This document shows, one piece after another, positions 9,127-17,348 of a DNA stretch of 64,000 bases. The notes under the pieces were generated by a model, which was not told where the DNA came from, did no database searches, and was given only the letters and a program-made list of their open reading frames with translations. Source of the stretch: Clostridia bacterium (GTDB lineage Bacteria > Bacillota > Clostridia > TANB77 > CAG-508); the NCBI GenBank assembly GCA_900770385.1, contig CAAGKK010000044.1:23149-87148 (forward strand), read 5' to 3'. The first letter of the stretch is position 1, and the number at the start of each line of letters is the position of its first letter. Position numbers and translations under genes: made by a program.

Positions 9127-10128
9127 ATGGCAGTGACTTTTGAAAGTTATGAAAGAAGAATTGACCAAATAAAACCAGTAATGGAAAAATACGGAATAAA
9201 AGATTTTGAAGATGCATTAAAAATATGTACAGATAAAGGATTTAATCCTTATGAAATAGTAAAAGGAGTTCAACCAATATGCTTTGATAATGCTGCATGG
9301 GCATATACATTAGGAGCAGCTATAGCAATTAAAAAAGGTTGTACAAAAGCTCATGAAGCAGCTAAAGCAATAGGAGAAGGATTACAATCTTTCTGCATAC
9401 CAGGTTCTGTTGCAGATGATAGAAAAGTAGGATTAGGACATGGAAATTTAGCATCAATGCTTTTATCTGAAGAAACAAAATGCTTTGCATTCTTAGCAGG
9501 ACATGAAAGCTTTGCAGCAGCAGAAGGAGCAATAGGAATTGCAAAATCTGCAAACAAAGTTAGAAAAGAGCCATTAAGAGTTATATTAAATGGTTTAGGA
9601 AAAGATGCAGCACAAGTAATATCAAGAATAAATGGATTTACATATGTAAAAACAGACTTTGATTTCTTTACAGGAAAAGTTAAAGTTGTAGAAGAAATAC
9701 CTTACTCAGATGGAGAAAGAAGTAAAGTAAGATGCTATGGAGCTAACGATGTTAGAGAAGGTGTAGCAATAATGTGGTTAGAAGATGTTGATGTTTCTAT
9801 AACAGGTAACTCAACAAACCCAACAAGATTCCAACATCCAGTAGCAGGAACATACAAAAAAGAAAGACTAGAAGCAGGTAAAAAATACTTCTCAGTAGCA
9901 TCAGGTGGTGGAACAGGTAGAACACTACACCCAGACAATATGGCAGCAGGACCAGCTTCATATGGTATGACAGATACAATGGGAAGAATGCACTCAGATG
10001 CACAATTTGCAGGAAGTTCTTCAGTACCAGCACACGTAGAAATGATGGGATTAATTGGAATGGGTAACAACCCAATGGTAGGTGCAACAGTTGCTGTTGC
10101 AGTTGCTGTAGAAGAAGCAATGAAATAA
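9127..10128 (+). CDS. GGGtGRT-motif protein (conserved, function unknown)
   Basis: Signature SGGGTGRTLHPDNMAAGPASYGMTDTMGRMH; AAGGAGGA SD before ATG 9127. Confidence 0.8.
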   Translation: MAVTFESYERRIDQIKPVMEKYGIKDFEDALKICTDKGFNPYEIVKGVQPICFDNAAWAYTLGAAIAIKKGCTKAHEAAKAIGEGLQSFCIPGSVADDRKVGLGHGNLASMLLSEETKCFAFLAGHESFAAAEGAIGIAKSANKVRKEPLRVILNGLGKDAAQVISRINGFTYVKTDFDFFTGKVKVVEEIPYSDGERSKVRCYGANDVREGVAIMWLEDVDVSITGNSTNPTRFQHPVAGTYKKERLEAGKKYFSVASGGGTGRTLHPDNMAAGPASYGMTDTMGRMHSDAQFAGSSSVPAHVEMMGLIGMGNNPMVGATVAVAVAVEEAMK

Positions 10129-10136
10129 GAAAAAAG

Positions 10137-10169
10137 TAGAGTTGCAAAATGAAATGCAACTCTATTTTT
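10137..10169 (+). terminator. Rho-independent terminator
   Basis: TAGAGTTGCA / TGCAACTCTA stem followed by a T-run. Confidence 0.8.
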
Positions 10170-10171
10170 AT

Positions 10172-10200
10172 TCTGTCCGCCCGTGCTACTTAATAAAGAA
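10172..10200 (+). repeat. GC-rich repeat, partial copy D (right half only)
   Basis: CTGTCCGCCCGTGCTAC matches the right arm and tail of copies A/C/E. Confidence 0.6.
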
Positions 10201-10229
10201 ATAAAATTTATTAACTTTCACCAAAAACA

Positions 10230-10258
10230 TTGAAATTAGTAGAAAACAGTAGTATAAT
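10230..10258 (+). promoter_or_regulatory. Sigma-A type promoter of ldh
   Basis: TTGAAA, 17-nt spacer, TATAAT. Confidence 0.6.
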
Positions 10259-10294
10259 AAATAATTGTGAAAAATATAAAGGAAGGTGAAAGGT

Positions 10295-11251
10295 ATGATA
10301 GATAAAAGAAAGGTAGTATTAGTAGGTACAGGATTCGTTGGAATGAGTATGGCATATGCAATTGTCAATCAAGGCATTGGTGTTAATGAATTAGTATTAA
10401 TAGATGTATTAAAAGACAAAGCAGAAGGTGAAGCAATGGATTTATCAGATGGAATTCCTTGTTCACCAAGCCACATGGTTGTAAAAGCAGGAGATTATTC
10501 AGAATGTAAAGATGCAGATATCGTTGTTATAACAGCAGGATTAAATCAAAAACCAGGTCAAACAAGATTAGAATTATCACAAGCGAATGCCAAAATAATG
10601 AAAGATATAACAACACAAATAGTAGCAAGTGGTTTTAAAGGAATATTCTTAATAGCATCAAACCCTGTAGATATTATGACAAAAGTAGTTCAAGAGGTTT
10701 CAAAATTTCCAACTAATAAAGTTATAGGTTCTGGAACAGCACTAGATACATCAAGATTAAGATATCAAATTGGAAAATATTTGGATGTTTCTAGTAAAAA
10801 TATACATGCATATGTTATGGGAGAACATGGTGATTCATCATTTGTTCCATGGGAACATGCATATGTTGGTTGTAAAAGAATGATAGATATAATGAAAGAT
10901 ACTGGAAAAGATTTTGCAGATCTAGATAAAATATATGTAGAAGTAAGAGATTCTGCATATGAAATAATAAATAGAAAAAAAGCTACATATTATGGTATAG
11001 GTATTGGTTTAGCTAGAATAGTTAAAAACATATTAAATAATACAAATGAAATCTTAACAGTTTCTGCTTATTTAAATGGAGAGTATGGACATAAAGATAT
11101 TTATATTGGAGTACCTGCTATAATAAACAGTAACGGTGCAAGAGAATTATTAGAATTAGACTTATCTCTAGAAAATCAAAAAAAATTAAATGAAAGTTGT
11201 GAGATATTAACAGAATATATGAATCAAATAAGAGAAGAAATAAAAGATTAA
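10295..11251 (+). CDS. ldh: L-lactate dehydrogenase
   Basis: VVLVGTGFVGMSMAY Rossmann motif, GEHGDS, ITAGLNQKPGQTRLEL. Confidence 0.92.
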   Translation: MIDKRKVVLVGTGFVGMSMAYAIVNQGIGVNELVLIDVLKDKAEGEAMDLSDGIPCSPSHMVVKAGDYSECKDADIVVITAGLNQKPGQTRLELSQANAKIMKDITTQIVASGFKGIFLIASNPVDIMTKVVQEVSKFPTNKVIGSGTALDTSRLRYQIGKYLDVSSKNIHAYVMGEHGDSSFVPWEHAYVGCKRMIDIMKDTGKDFADLDKIYVEVRDSAYEIINRKKATYYGIGIGLARIVKNILNNTNEILTVSAYLNGEYGHKDIYIGVPAIINSNGARELLELDLSLENQKKLNESCEILTEYMNQIREEIKD

Positions 11252-11265
11252 AATTTTGAAAAGCT

Positions 11266-11298
11266 ATGTATATAGGGGAGGTCAGCCTCTGTCAGCCC
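11266..11298 (+). repeat. GC-rich repeat, degenerate copy F
   Basis: ATGTATATAGGGGAGGTCAGCCTCTGTCAGCCC aligns with copy E; the stem is no longer self-complementary. Confidence 0.55.
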
Positions 11299-11326
11299 AA
11301 GCGGAATTTATTCCGCTTTATTTTTT
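11299..11326 (+). terminator. Rho-independent terminator after ldh
   Basis: AGCGGAA-TTTA-TTCCGCT followed by TTTATTTTTT. Confidence 0.8.
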
Positions 11327-11333
11327 ACCAAAT

Positions 11334-11362
11334 TTGCAAAATTATGTAAATAATGCTATAAT
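11334..11362 (+). promoter_or_regulatory. Sigma-A type promoter
   Basis: TTGCAA, 17-nt spacer, TATAAT. Confidence 0.6.
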
Positions 11363-11479
11363 AGTAGTGCAAAAGCTTTTACTTAAAGCCTCCAAGAGAA
11401 CAAATTGTTCAATAAATAAAAAGGAGGAAAAAATAGGTTTTAGGTAATGCTTAAATAAAATAAGGAGAGTGTTTTATAT

Positions 11480-12523
11480 ATGTCTTTAAATGAAAAATAT
11501 AAAAAAGACTATATAACAGAAATTCATACTATTCGTCCTTTTCGGGGAAGAAAAGTTATGGATCCAAACAAAGAACAGGGAAGCTTAGGAATAATCCGGC
11601 TCGACAAGCTTTCATATCCAAGTGATATGAAAATTGACATCAATGGAATAGAAATCAATCCAATTGCATATGACACCTATGGACATCCCATAGTAAGTGC
11701 AAGTAACTTTGATTACTATAAGGCATTAAAAAGAAATTCGGACAGAAGATCTGACACTTTTTTAACGAAAGTGACTTATCGCCCGAAGCCTTTTTGTGTA
11801 AAACGAGCCATATATGACTCGGAAGATGCAATAAAGAAAGCAGCAATCATTGATGAAAAAAAAGAAAGAGGTTTAAAAGACCTCAAAGAACTGTTAATTT
11901 ATAGGAAGCAAGCAGCTTTTTGTAAATTAAACTTAGACACATATTTGCTTTATGGCAAATATATATTGTCAAATAATGGACATGTATATTGGGCTAAGAA
12001 TATTAAAAGTACTAAATTTTTAGAATCAGTTGTTGCCCAAATAAAAGATGAAGAACTCATTTCCAAGGGAGAAGAAGTTCATGTTCCAGATGAAGGCGAT
12101 GTATGCGCTGTGTGTGGCAAATCTTTTATTCTTAATGATGTAAAAGAAGGATTTGTTTCTGAGAACGAAAAGTTCGAAAAGATACACGAAATGTGTCATT
12201 ACAATTTTACACTTGAAGTTAACCAAAAAAACGCTTCTGCTATTGTAGATTCGGTTTATGAAGGAAATCCAGAAGTTAAAATTGTAAAAGAATGGGACGA
12301 AGAAGATCAAACAGAAAAGGTTTGGTATGTATATGAGACATATCAAGGTACAATAGCAATACGGTTTAAGCGTAAAGTTATTGTAATTAAATGGTTTGAT
12401 AACTTTAAACCATTTAATATAGCACTCTTTGAAGCAGAAAGAGTAACCAAATTCGACAGAGGTATACATGCATGGTCAAAAGACGATGCAATCAGATATC
12501 TCGAAATGGCTAAAAAAGCATAA
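11480..12523 (+). CDS. Hypothetical protein (347 aa) with CxxC...HxxCH putative zinc site
   Basis: AAGGAGAG SD; own promoter and terminator; CAVCGK...HEMCH; visibly more G/C-rich codons than its neighbours; no family recognised. Confidence 0.6.
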   Translation: MSLNEKYKKDYITEIHTIRPFRGRKVMDPNKEQGSLGIIRLDKLSYPSDMKIDINGIEINPIAYDTYGHPIVSASNFDYYKALKRNSDRRSDTFLTKVTYRPKPFCVKRAIYDSEDAIKKAAIIDEKKERGLKDLKELLIYRKQAAFCKLNLDTYLLYGKYILSNNGHVYWAKNIKSTKFLESVVAQIKDEELISKGEEVHVPDEGDVCAVCGKSFILNDVKEGFVSENEKFEKIHEMCHYNFTLEVNQKNASAIVDSVYEGNPEVKIVKEWDEEDQTEKVWYVYETYQGTIAIRFKRKVIVIKWFDNFKPFNIALFEAERVTKFDRGIHAWSKDDAIRYLEMAKKA

Positions 12524-12540
12524 AAAACCTAAAGCCTAAA

Positions 12541-12565
12541 AGAGCCGTAGTTTTTCTACGGCTCT
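12541..12565 (+). terminator. Hairpin terminator
   Basis: AGAGCCGTAG-TTTTT-CTACGGCTCT perfect 10-bp stem. Confidence 0.7.
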
Positions 12566-12616
12566 TAAACTTTATAAAAACACAAACATATTTTTGTAAA
12601 AAATAACAAAAAAGTA

Positions 12617-12645
12617 TTGACAAAACAAAAAAATGTTCGTATAAT
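12617..12645 (+). promoter_or_regulatory. Sigma-A type promoter
   Basis: AAAAAGTA-TTGACA, 17-nt spacer, TATAAT. Confidence 0.65.
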
Positions 12646-12669
12646 ATAAGCGAACAAAGGTTTTAAAAT

Positions 12670-13368
12670 ATGGAGGACTTTAATATGGAAAATATAATAA
12701 AATATACAGTAAACAAAAATTTTAGTGATGATTTATATTTATCAGTACAAAATGGAGAGGTTGTTATTAAAGCCCCTTGGTACTATACCAATAACCAAAT
12801 ACAAAATATAATCAAAGAAAAAAGAAATTGGATTATAAATAAATTAAAAGAGTACGAAGCAAAGAAAGAACAAGAATACATAAGAAACGAAATTGTAAAA
12901 TTATTTGGAGAAGACTGCAAAGTAAAAATAAATTATAAAAATTTAAGGAAACCAATACTAACAGTAGAAGGAAAAAATATAAAAATATGTTTACCAAATA
13001 AATACAAAAAATTAAATAGAGAAGAAATATTAGTTAAATTAATAGAAAAATTATATGAAGTAGTAGCAAATAATGAAATTGAACTAATATTAGAAAAAGT
13101 TAGAAAATTATTGGGTTTTGCTCCAGAAGATTATATTATAAAAAGATTAAAAGAAAACAAAATGGCAGAATGTTTAAGTCAAGAAGGAATAATTGTAATA
13201 AATCCAGATATAGTAAAATATAGCAAAGAAACAATAGAATATATAATAATACATGAATTTTGTCATTTAAAATATAAAACACATTCAAAGAAATTCTACG
13301 AATTAGAAAAAAAGTATATAGGTAAATTAGCAGAAGATAGAGAAATATACAAAAATATAAAATTTTAA
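12670..13368 (+). CDS. DUF45/YgjP-like (M48/WLM-type) metal-dependent hydrolase
   Basis: C-terminal IIIHEFCHLKYKTHSKKFYELEKKY (HExxH followed by H-S-x-x-F); alternative ATG at 12685. Confidence 0.7.
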   Translation: MEDFNMENIIKYTVNKNFSDDLYLSVQNGEVVIKAPWYYTNNQIQNIIKEKRNWIINKLKEYEAKKEQEYIRNEIVKLFGEDCKVKINYKNLRKPILTVEGKNIKICLPNKYKKLNREEILVKLIEKLYEVVANNEIELILEKVRKLLGFAPEDYIIKRLKENKMAECLSQEGIIVINPDIVKYSKETIEYIIIHEFCHLKYKTHSKKFYELEKKYIGKLAEDREIYKNIKF

Positions 13369-13442
13369 TATTGAGAAACACTTAATATTATGTTATAATT
13401 TGAAAAGCGATTAGTTAATAAGCTAAAAAAGGAGGGCTTCAT

Positions 13443-13739
13443 ATGTCTAAAAGAGGAACTAATCGGATAGATATTATTCTTGCAATTCTAGTATTAGTTT
13501 TGGGGATTACATTTTGGCTCCAAATAATATTTGAATTTGTAGGAATACAGGGGTATATTTCAATAATAAATTTCTCTGTTTATATGTTAACAACAGGAAT
13601 ATTAATTCTTTGGTCCTGTTCAGATATTTTAAATAGAGGTTTTATTGGGAAAGTACGAGTGTTTTCTGGATTATTAATATCCTGGCTCGTATTAATACTC
13701 ATTTGTATAATAATTCAATTTTTTAAAGGATTATTATAA
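13443..13739 (+). CDS. Small membrane protein (about 3 TM segments)
   Basis: AAGGAGGG SD; hydrophobic segments; terminator follows. Confidence 0.55.
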   Translation: MSKRGTNRIDIILAILVLVLGITFWLQIIFEFVGIQGYISIINFSVYMLTTGILILWSCSDILNRGFIGKVRVFSGLLISWLVLILICIIIQFFKGLL

Positions 13740-13749
13740 AAATCTAGGT

Positions 13750-13775
13750 GCTAGCCAAATTCTGGCTAGCATTTT
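13750..13775 (+). terminator. Rho-independent terminator
   Basis: GCTAGCCA / TGGCTAGC stem followed by ATTTTA. Confidence 0.65.
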
Positions 13776-13864
13776 ATAATAAATTTATACTATATAAACA
13801 AATTTTAAAAATAAATGCTGGAAATTTAAATAGAAATATGTTATTATATAAAAGTAAATTATAT

Positions 13865-13940
13865 TGGGGTATCGCCAAGCGGTAAGGCATCGGACTCTGA
13901 CTCCGACATTTCCTGTGTTCGAATCACAGTACCCCAGCCA
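13865..13940 (+). tRNA. tRNA-Gln (anticodon CUG), CCA encoded
   Basis: Acceptor TGGGGTA/TACCCCA; anticodon stem TCGGA/TCCGA with loop CTCTGAC (anticodon CTG); T-arm CTGTG-TTCGAAT-CACAG; 3' GCCA. Confidence 0.9.
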
Positions 13941-14011
13941 ATGCAGAAGAATATGTTCTGTTTTTTAGAACATATAATTAAGAAGTCAACCAAAGAATGG
14001 TTGGCTTTTTT

Positions 14012-14046
14012 ATATAGTAGAAAATTTCTCATTTGCTATTATATAA
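14012..14046 (-). repeat. 35-bp palindromic repeat, copy 1 (inverted orientation, 2 stem mismatches)
   Basis: TATATAGTAGAAAATTTCTCATTTGCTATTATATA directly after the T-run of the terminator at ~13985-14011. Confidence 0.7.
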
Positions 14047-14213
14047 AAATAGCTAAACATATACCTTTGAGATTTCCTTATTATATTTGGAAACTCTAAT
14101 TGAGTGAGACCAAATGGCAACATAAAGTCGATATGTTCTATAATACCATATTGAAAATCAACATAAAATATGATAAAATGTTACAGAAGTTATGATGTTT
14201 AGGAGATTATAAT

Positions 14214-15092
14214 ATGTCTAAAAAGAAAAATATAAAAATAGAATTACCAATAGATGAAATAGTAGAAAAATGGGAGCAGGGTACTACACAACAAGAACTT
14301 GCAAAAGAATATAGACTCTCTATAAGAACTATTAATAGAAGAATATCTGAATATTATGAAAAGGAAGGAAAACAAAAACCAAAACGAAAAATAGAAATAC
14401 CAATAGATGAAATAGTAAAGAAATGGGAACAAGGTGTTATAGAAAAAGAACTTGCGAAAGAGTATGGAGTTTCACAAACTACTATTAATAACAGAATATC
14501 TGAATATTACAAAAGGGAAGGAAAACAAAGACCTAAAAAAGAATTGAACCCAAAAATAGAATTACCAATAGAAGAAATAGTAGAGAAATGGAAGCAAGGT
14601 ACCATACAACAAGAACTTGCAAAAGAATATGGAGTTTCAACAACTACCATTACTAAAAGAATAGCAGAATATTACGAAAAAAAAGGAAATAAAAAAACAA
14701 AACCTAAAATAAAATCAAAACAAAAAATAGAGTTATCAATAGATGAAATAGTAAAAAAATGGGAAGAAGGTAGTACACAAACAGAACTTGCAAAAGAATA
14801 TGGTATTTCGTTAACCACTATTAGTAGCAGAATATCTGAATACAATAGAGAAAAAGAAATAAAAACAAAATTACTCAATTATGAAAGTGCCGAAAATAAT
14901 GGAAAGAAATTAAAAATTATGAGAAGTTCATCAATCATTGCAGAGTATTTAAGAAAAGGATTAACAATAGAACAGATAAAAAATATTGCACTAGAAAGAA
15001 ATATTATAATACCACAAAAAGTTATTGAAAAAGCAATTCAAAGAAATGAACAACTAGAAAAAAATAAAGAAGAAGAATCAAGTGAGAGATAA
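14214..15092 (+). CDS. Protein with four tandem helix-turn-helix modules (putative DNA-binding)
   Basis: Four 51-57 aa repeats IE(L/I)PI(D/E)EIV(E/K)KW(E/K)(Q/E)G...ELAKEYG(V/I)S..TI..RI(S/A)EY followed by Lys-rich linkers. Confidence 0.75.
   Translation: MSKKKNIKIELPIDEIVEKWEQGTTQQELAKEYRLSIRTINRRISEYYEKEGKQKPKRKIEIPIDEIVKKWEQGVIEKELAKEYGVSQTTINNRISEYYKREGKQRPKKELNPKIELPIEEIVEKWKQGTIQQELAKEYGVSTTTITKRIAEYYEKKGNKKTKPKIKSKQKIELSIDEIVKKWEEGSTQTELAKEYGISLTTISSRISEYNREKEIKTKLLNYESAENNGKKLKIMRSSSIIAEYLRKGLTIEQIKNIALERNIIIPQKVIEKAIQRNEQLEKNKEEESSER
14238..14858 (+). repeat. Intragenic tandem repeat, 4 units of ~153-171 bp
   Basis: Units start at 14238, 14391, 14556 and 14727. Confidence 0.8.
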
Positions 15093-15167
15093 AAACAAAT
15101 TTGATTCAAATTAAAAAATATGTTATAAATAATCTATAATAATACAAAAGCAAAGGAGAACCGAATT

Positions 15168-17300
15168 ATGAAGATACAAAAAACAGAATTAGATTATTTC
15201 GATTTTTCATTAGAACCAGGATTAAATATAAATAAAAGAATTAGTAAATTTATAGGAAATACTTATGTCTCTGTTGTTACATATTATACAGGAGATGAAC
15301 ATATTAAACAAACATATATATCTTTGCTAAATCAAACTTTTCCTCATTGGGAATGGATAATTGCTACAAGCAAATCAGATGATAGAATAAAAGAACTAAA
15401 AAAGTTAGATAAGAGAATAAAAATAATAGAAATAGAAGAAGAAAGACTTGCAAAAGCACAATATGTTGCTGCTGAAAAGGCAAATAGCGATATATTATTA
15501 TTGTTGCCAGAAAATGATTTGATAGATAAAACCATGATTGAGTGTGGATATTTTACTATGATTACTAATCCAGAAGGTGTATGGGCATATTCGAGAATGG
15601 TTGATTTTGATAAAAAGAAGGTTTTATATAATAAGAAACTTTCAATTTATGAAATGACTAAAGAAAATATAATTTCTAAATGTGCTTTTATAAAAAAAGA
15701 GAAATTCTTAGAGCTAGATGAGTACATGAATTTACCAATGGAAGTAGATGAAGATTGGTATATGTGGTTGTCATTCTTAAGCAAACAATATATACCAATA
15801 AAAATGGACTTTTATGGATATTGGCATAGAAAAGTAATGAAGGAAAAGAATGTTGTATATCATGATAACAAGGAAAACTCAGTAATATCTAAGAAATATA
15901 TAGATAAAGTAAAAAAAGAAATAAAGTATGATACTAGTATCATACAATTTGATAAAATATATCAAATTGATTTCAAAGACATTCCAACTAAAATAGAAAT
16001 ATCAAAGAAGAGTATATTAGAAACAGAAAATAAAAAAAGAATACTAATAATTTTTCCTTGTTTTGTTGTTGGAGGAGCAGATATTTTTACACTAAATTTA
16101 ATAAAAGGACTAAGGAACAAAGGATATGAAATTAGTGTGATTACAACTAAAAAGTGCAATTATGTGTTAAGACAAGAAGTAGAGAAAAATGTAGACGAAT
16201 ATTTTGACTTAACAACATTTTTAAAAGAAAAAGACTGGGCAAGTTTTATATATCATATTATAAAATCAAGAGATATACAGTGCGTATTTTTATCAAACAG
16301 CTTTTATGGGTATTATGCACTACCATGGTTAAAATATCATTTTAAGAAAGTGCCATTTGTAGATTATATACATGCAGAAAACTGGACATTAAGAAACGGA
16401 GGATTTCCAAAAGATTCTAATTCAGTAGCAAATTATTTAGATGCAACATTTACATGTACAAAGCATTTAAAAGAAATGATGTATACTATTATGAATAGAA
16501 GTATAAAAAATATAAAAACAGTATATATAGGAACAGATACTACATTTTATGATAATAGTATAAAATATGATGGAGAAGAAGAACTAATTAAAAAATATGA
16601 AAATGTAAAAACCATACTATTTATAGGAAGAATAGTACATTATAAAAGACCATTGTTTGCAATAGAAGTATTAAAAAGAATATTAGCCAAAAGAAAAGAT
16701 GTAAGACTAATTGTAGTTGGAGATGGGGCTGCTTTTGAAGATTTAAAAGCAAAAGTAGCAAAAGAAAATTTGGAAGAGTATGTGCATTTGTATGGAATGC
16801 AAGATGATGTAAGAAAGTTTTATAAAGTGGCAGATGTTACATTAGTATGTTCTCTAAGAGAAGGATTAACTCTTACAACATATGAATCTTTGTCAATGGG
16901 AGTTCCTGTTGTTTCATGTGATATAGGAGGACAAAAAGAAATAATAGAAAAAGATTGTGGTTATTTAATAAGACCATATCAATTACCAGAGCAACAATTT
17001 GATTTTAATTTTGATGAAGAAGAAATAAAAGAATATGAAGAAGCAATTATTAAAATACTAGATAATAAAGAATGTATTGACTATAAAAATATTTGCAGAC
17101 AAAAAGTTATAAATAGATTTTCAATAACTAAAATGATTAATAACTTAGATAAAGAAATTTCAAAATTAATACAAACAGGTTCAACAATAAAAGAAGAAGA
17201 GTGCAATAATATAGAATTTGCTGAAAGATACTTATTAATTAACGGAATGGTAGAAAATTTAAATAGAACTATTGAAACAAAAAACAAAATAAAAAAATAA
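15168..17300 (+). CDS. Bifunctional glycosyltransferase (N-terminal GT2-like, C-terminal GT4/GT1-like)
   Basis: VSVVTYYTGDEHIKQTYISLLNQTFPHWEWIIA (GT2-like); GRIVHYKRP...VVGDG...REGLTLTTYESLSMGVPVVSCDIGG (GT4 E-x7-E region). Confidence 0.8.
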   Translation: MKIQKTELDYFDFSLEPGLNINKRISKFIGNTYVSVVTYYTGDEHIKQTYISLLNQTFPHWEWIIATSKSDDRIKELKKLDKRIKIIEIEEERLAKAQYVAAEKANSDILLLLPENDLIDKTMIECGYFTMITNPEGVWAYSRMVDFDKKKVLYNKKLSIYEMTKENIISKCAFIKKEKFLELDEYMNLPMEVDEDWYMWLSFLSKQYIPIKMDFYGYWHRKVMKEKNVVYHDNKENSVISKKYIDKVKKEIKYDTSIIQFDKIYQIDFKDIPTKIEISKKSILETENKKRILIIFPCFVVGGADIFTLNLIKGLRNKGYEISVITTKKCNYVLRQEVEKNVDEYFDLTTFLKEKDWASFIYHIIKSRDIQCVFLSNSFYGYYALPWLKYHFKKVPFVDYIHAENWTLRNGGFPKDSNSVANYLDATFTCTKHLKEMMYTIMNRSIKNIKTVYIGTDTTFYDNSIKYDGEEELIKKYENVKTILFIGRIVHYKRPLFAIEVLKRILAKRKDVRLIVVGDGAAFEDLKAKVAKENLEEYVHLYGMQDDVRKFYKVADVTLVCSLREGLTLTTYESLSMGVPVVSCDIGGQKEIIEKDCGYLIRPYQLPEQQFDFNFDEEEIKEYEEAIIKILDNKECIDYKNICRQKVINRFSITKMINNLDKEISKLIQTGSTIKEEECNNIEFAERYLLINGMVENLNRTIETKNKIKK

Positions 17301-17348
17301 TGATTTAAAAAGAAGAAGTTGTCCATAATATACATAAGGAGGTATATT

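Noticed and set aside
11256-11447. 63-aa ORF between ldh and the 347-aa orphan gene
   Set aside because: It runs across a degenerate GC-repeat copy, an intrinsic terminator hairpin and a consensus promoter. It has no SD. These non-coding elements explain the sequence better.
13865-17300. A tRNA-Gln-targeted integrative island (tRNA followed by the 4xHTH and glycosyltransferase genes)
   Set aside because: I found no integrase or recombinase, no excisionase, and no direct repeat of the tRNA 3' end downstream. The evidence is insufficient to call a mobile element.
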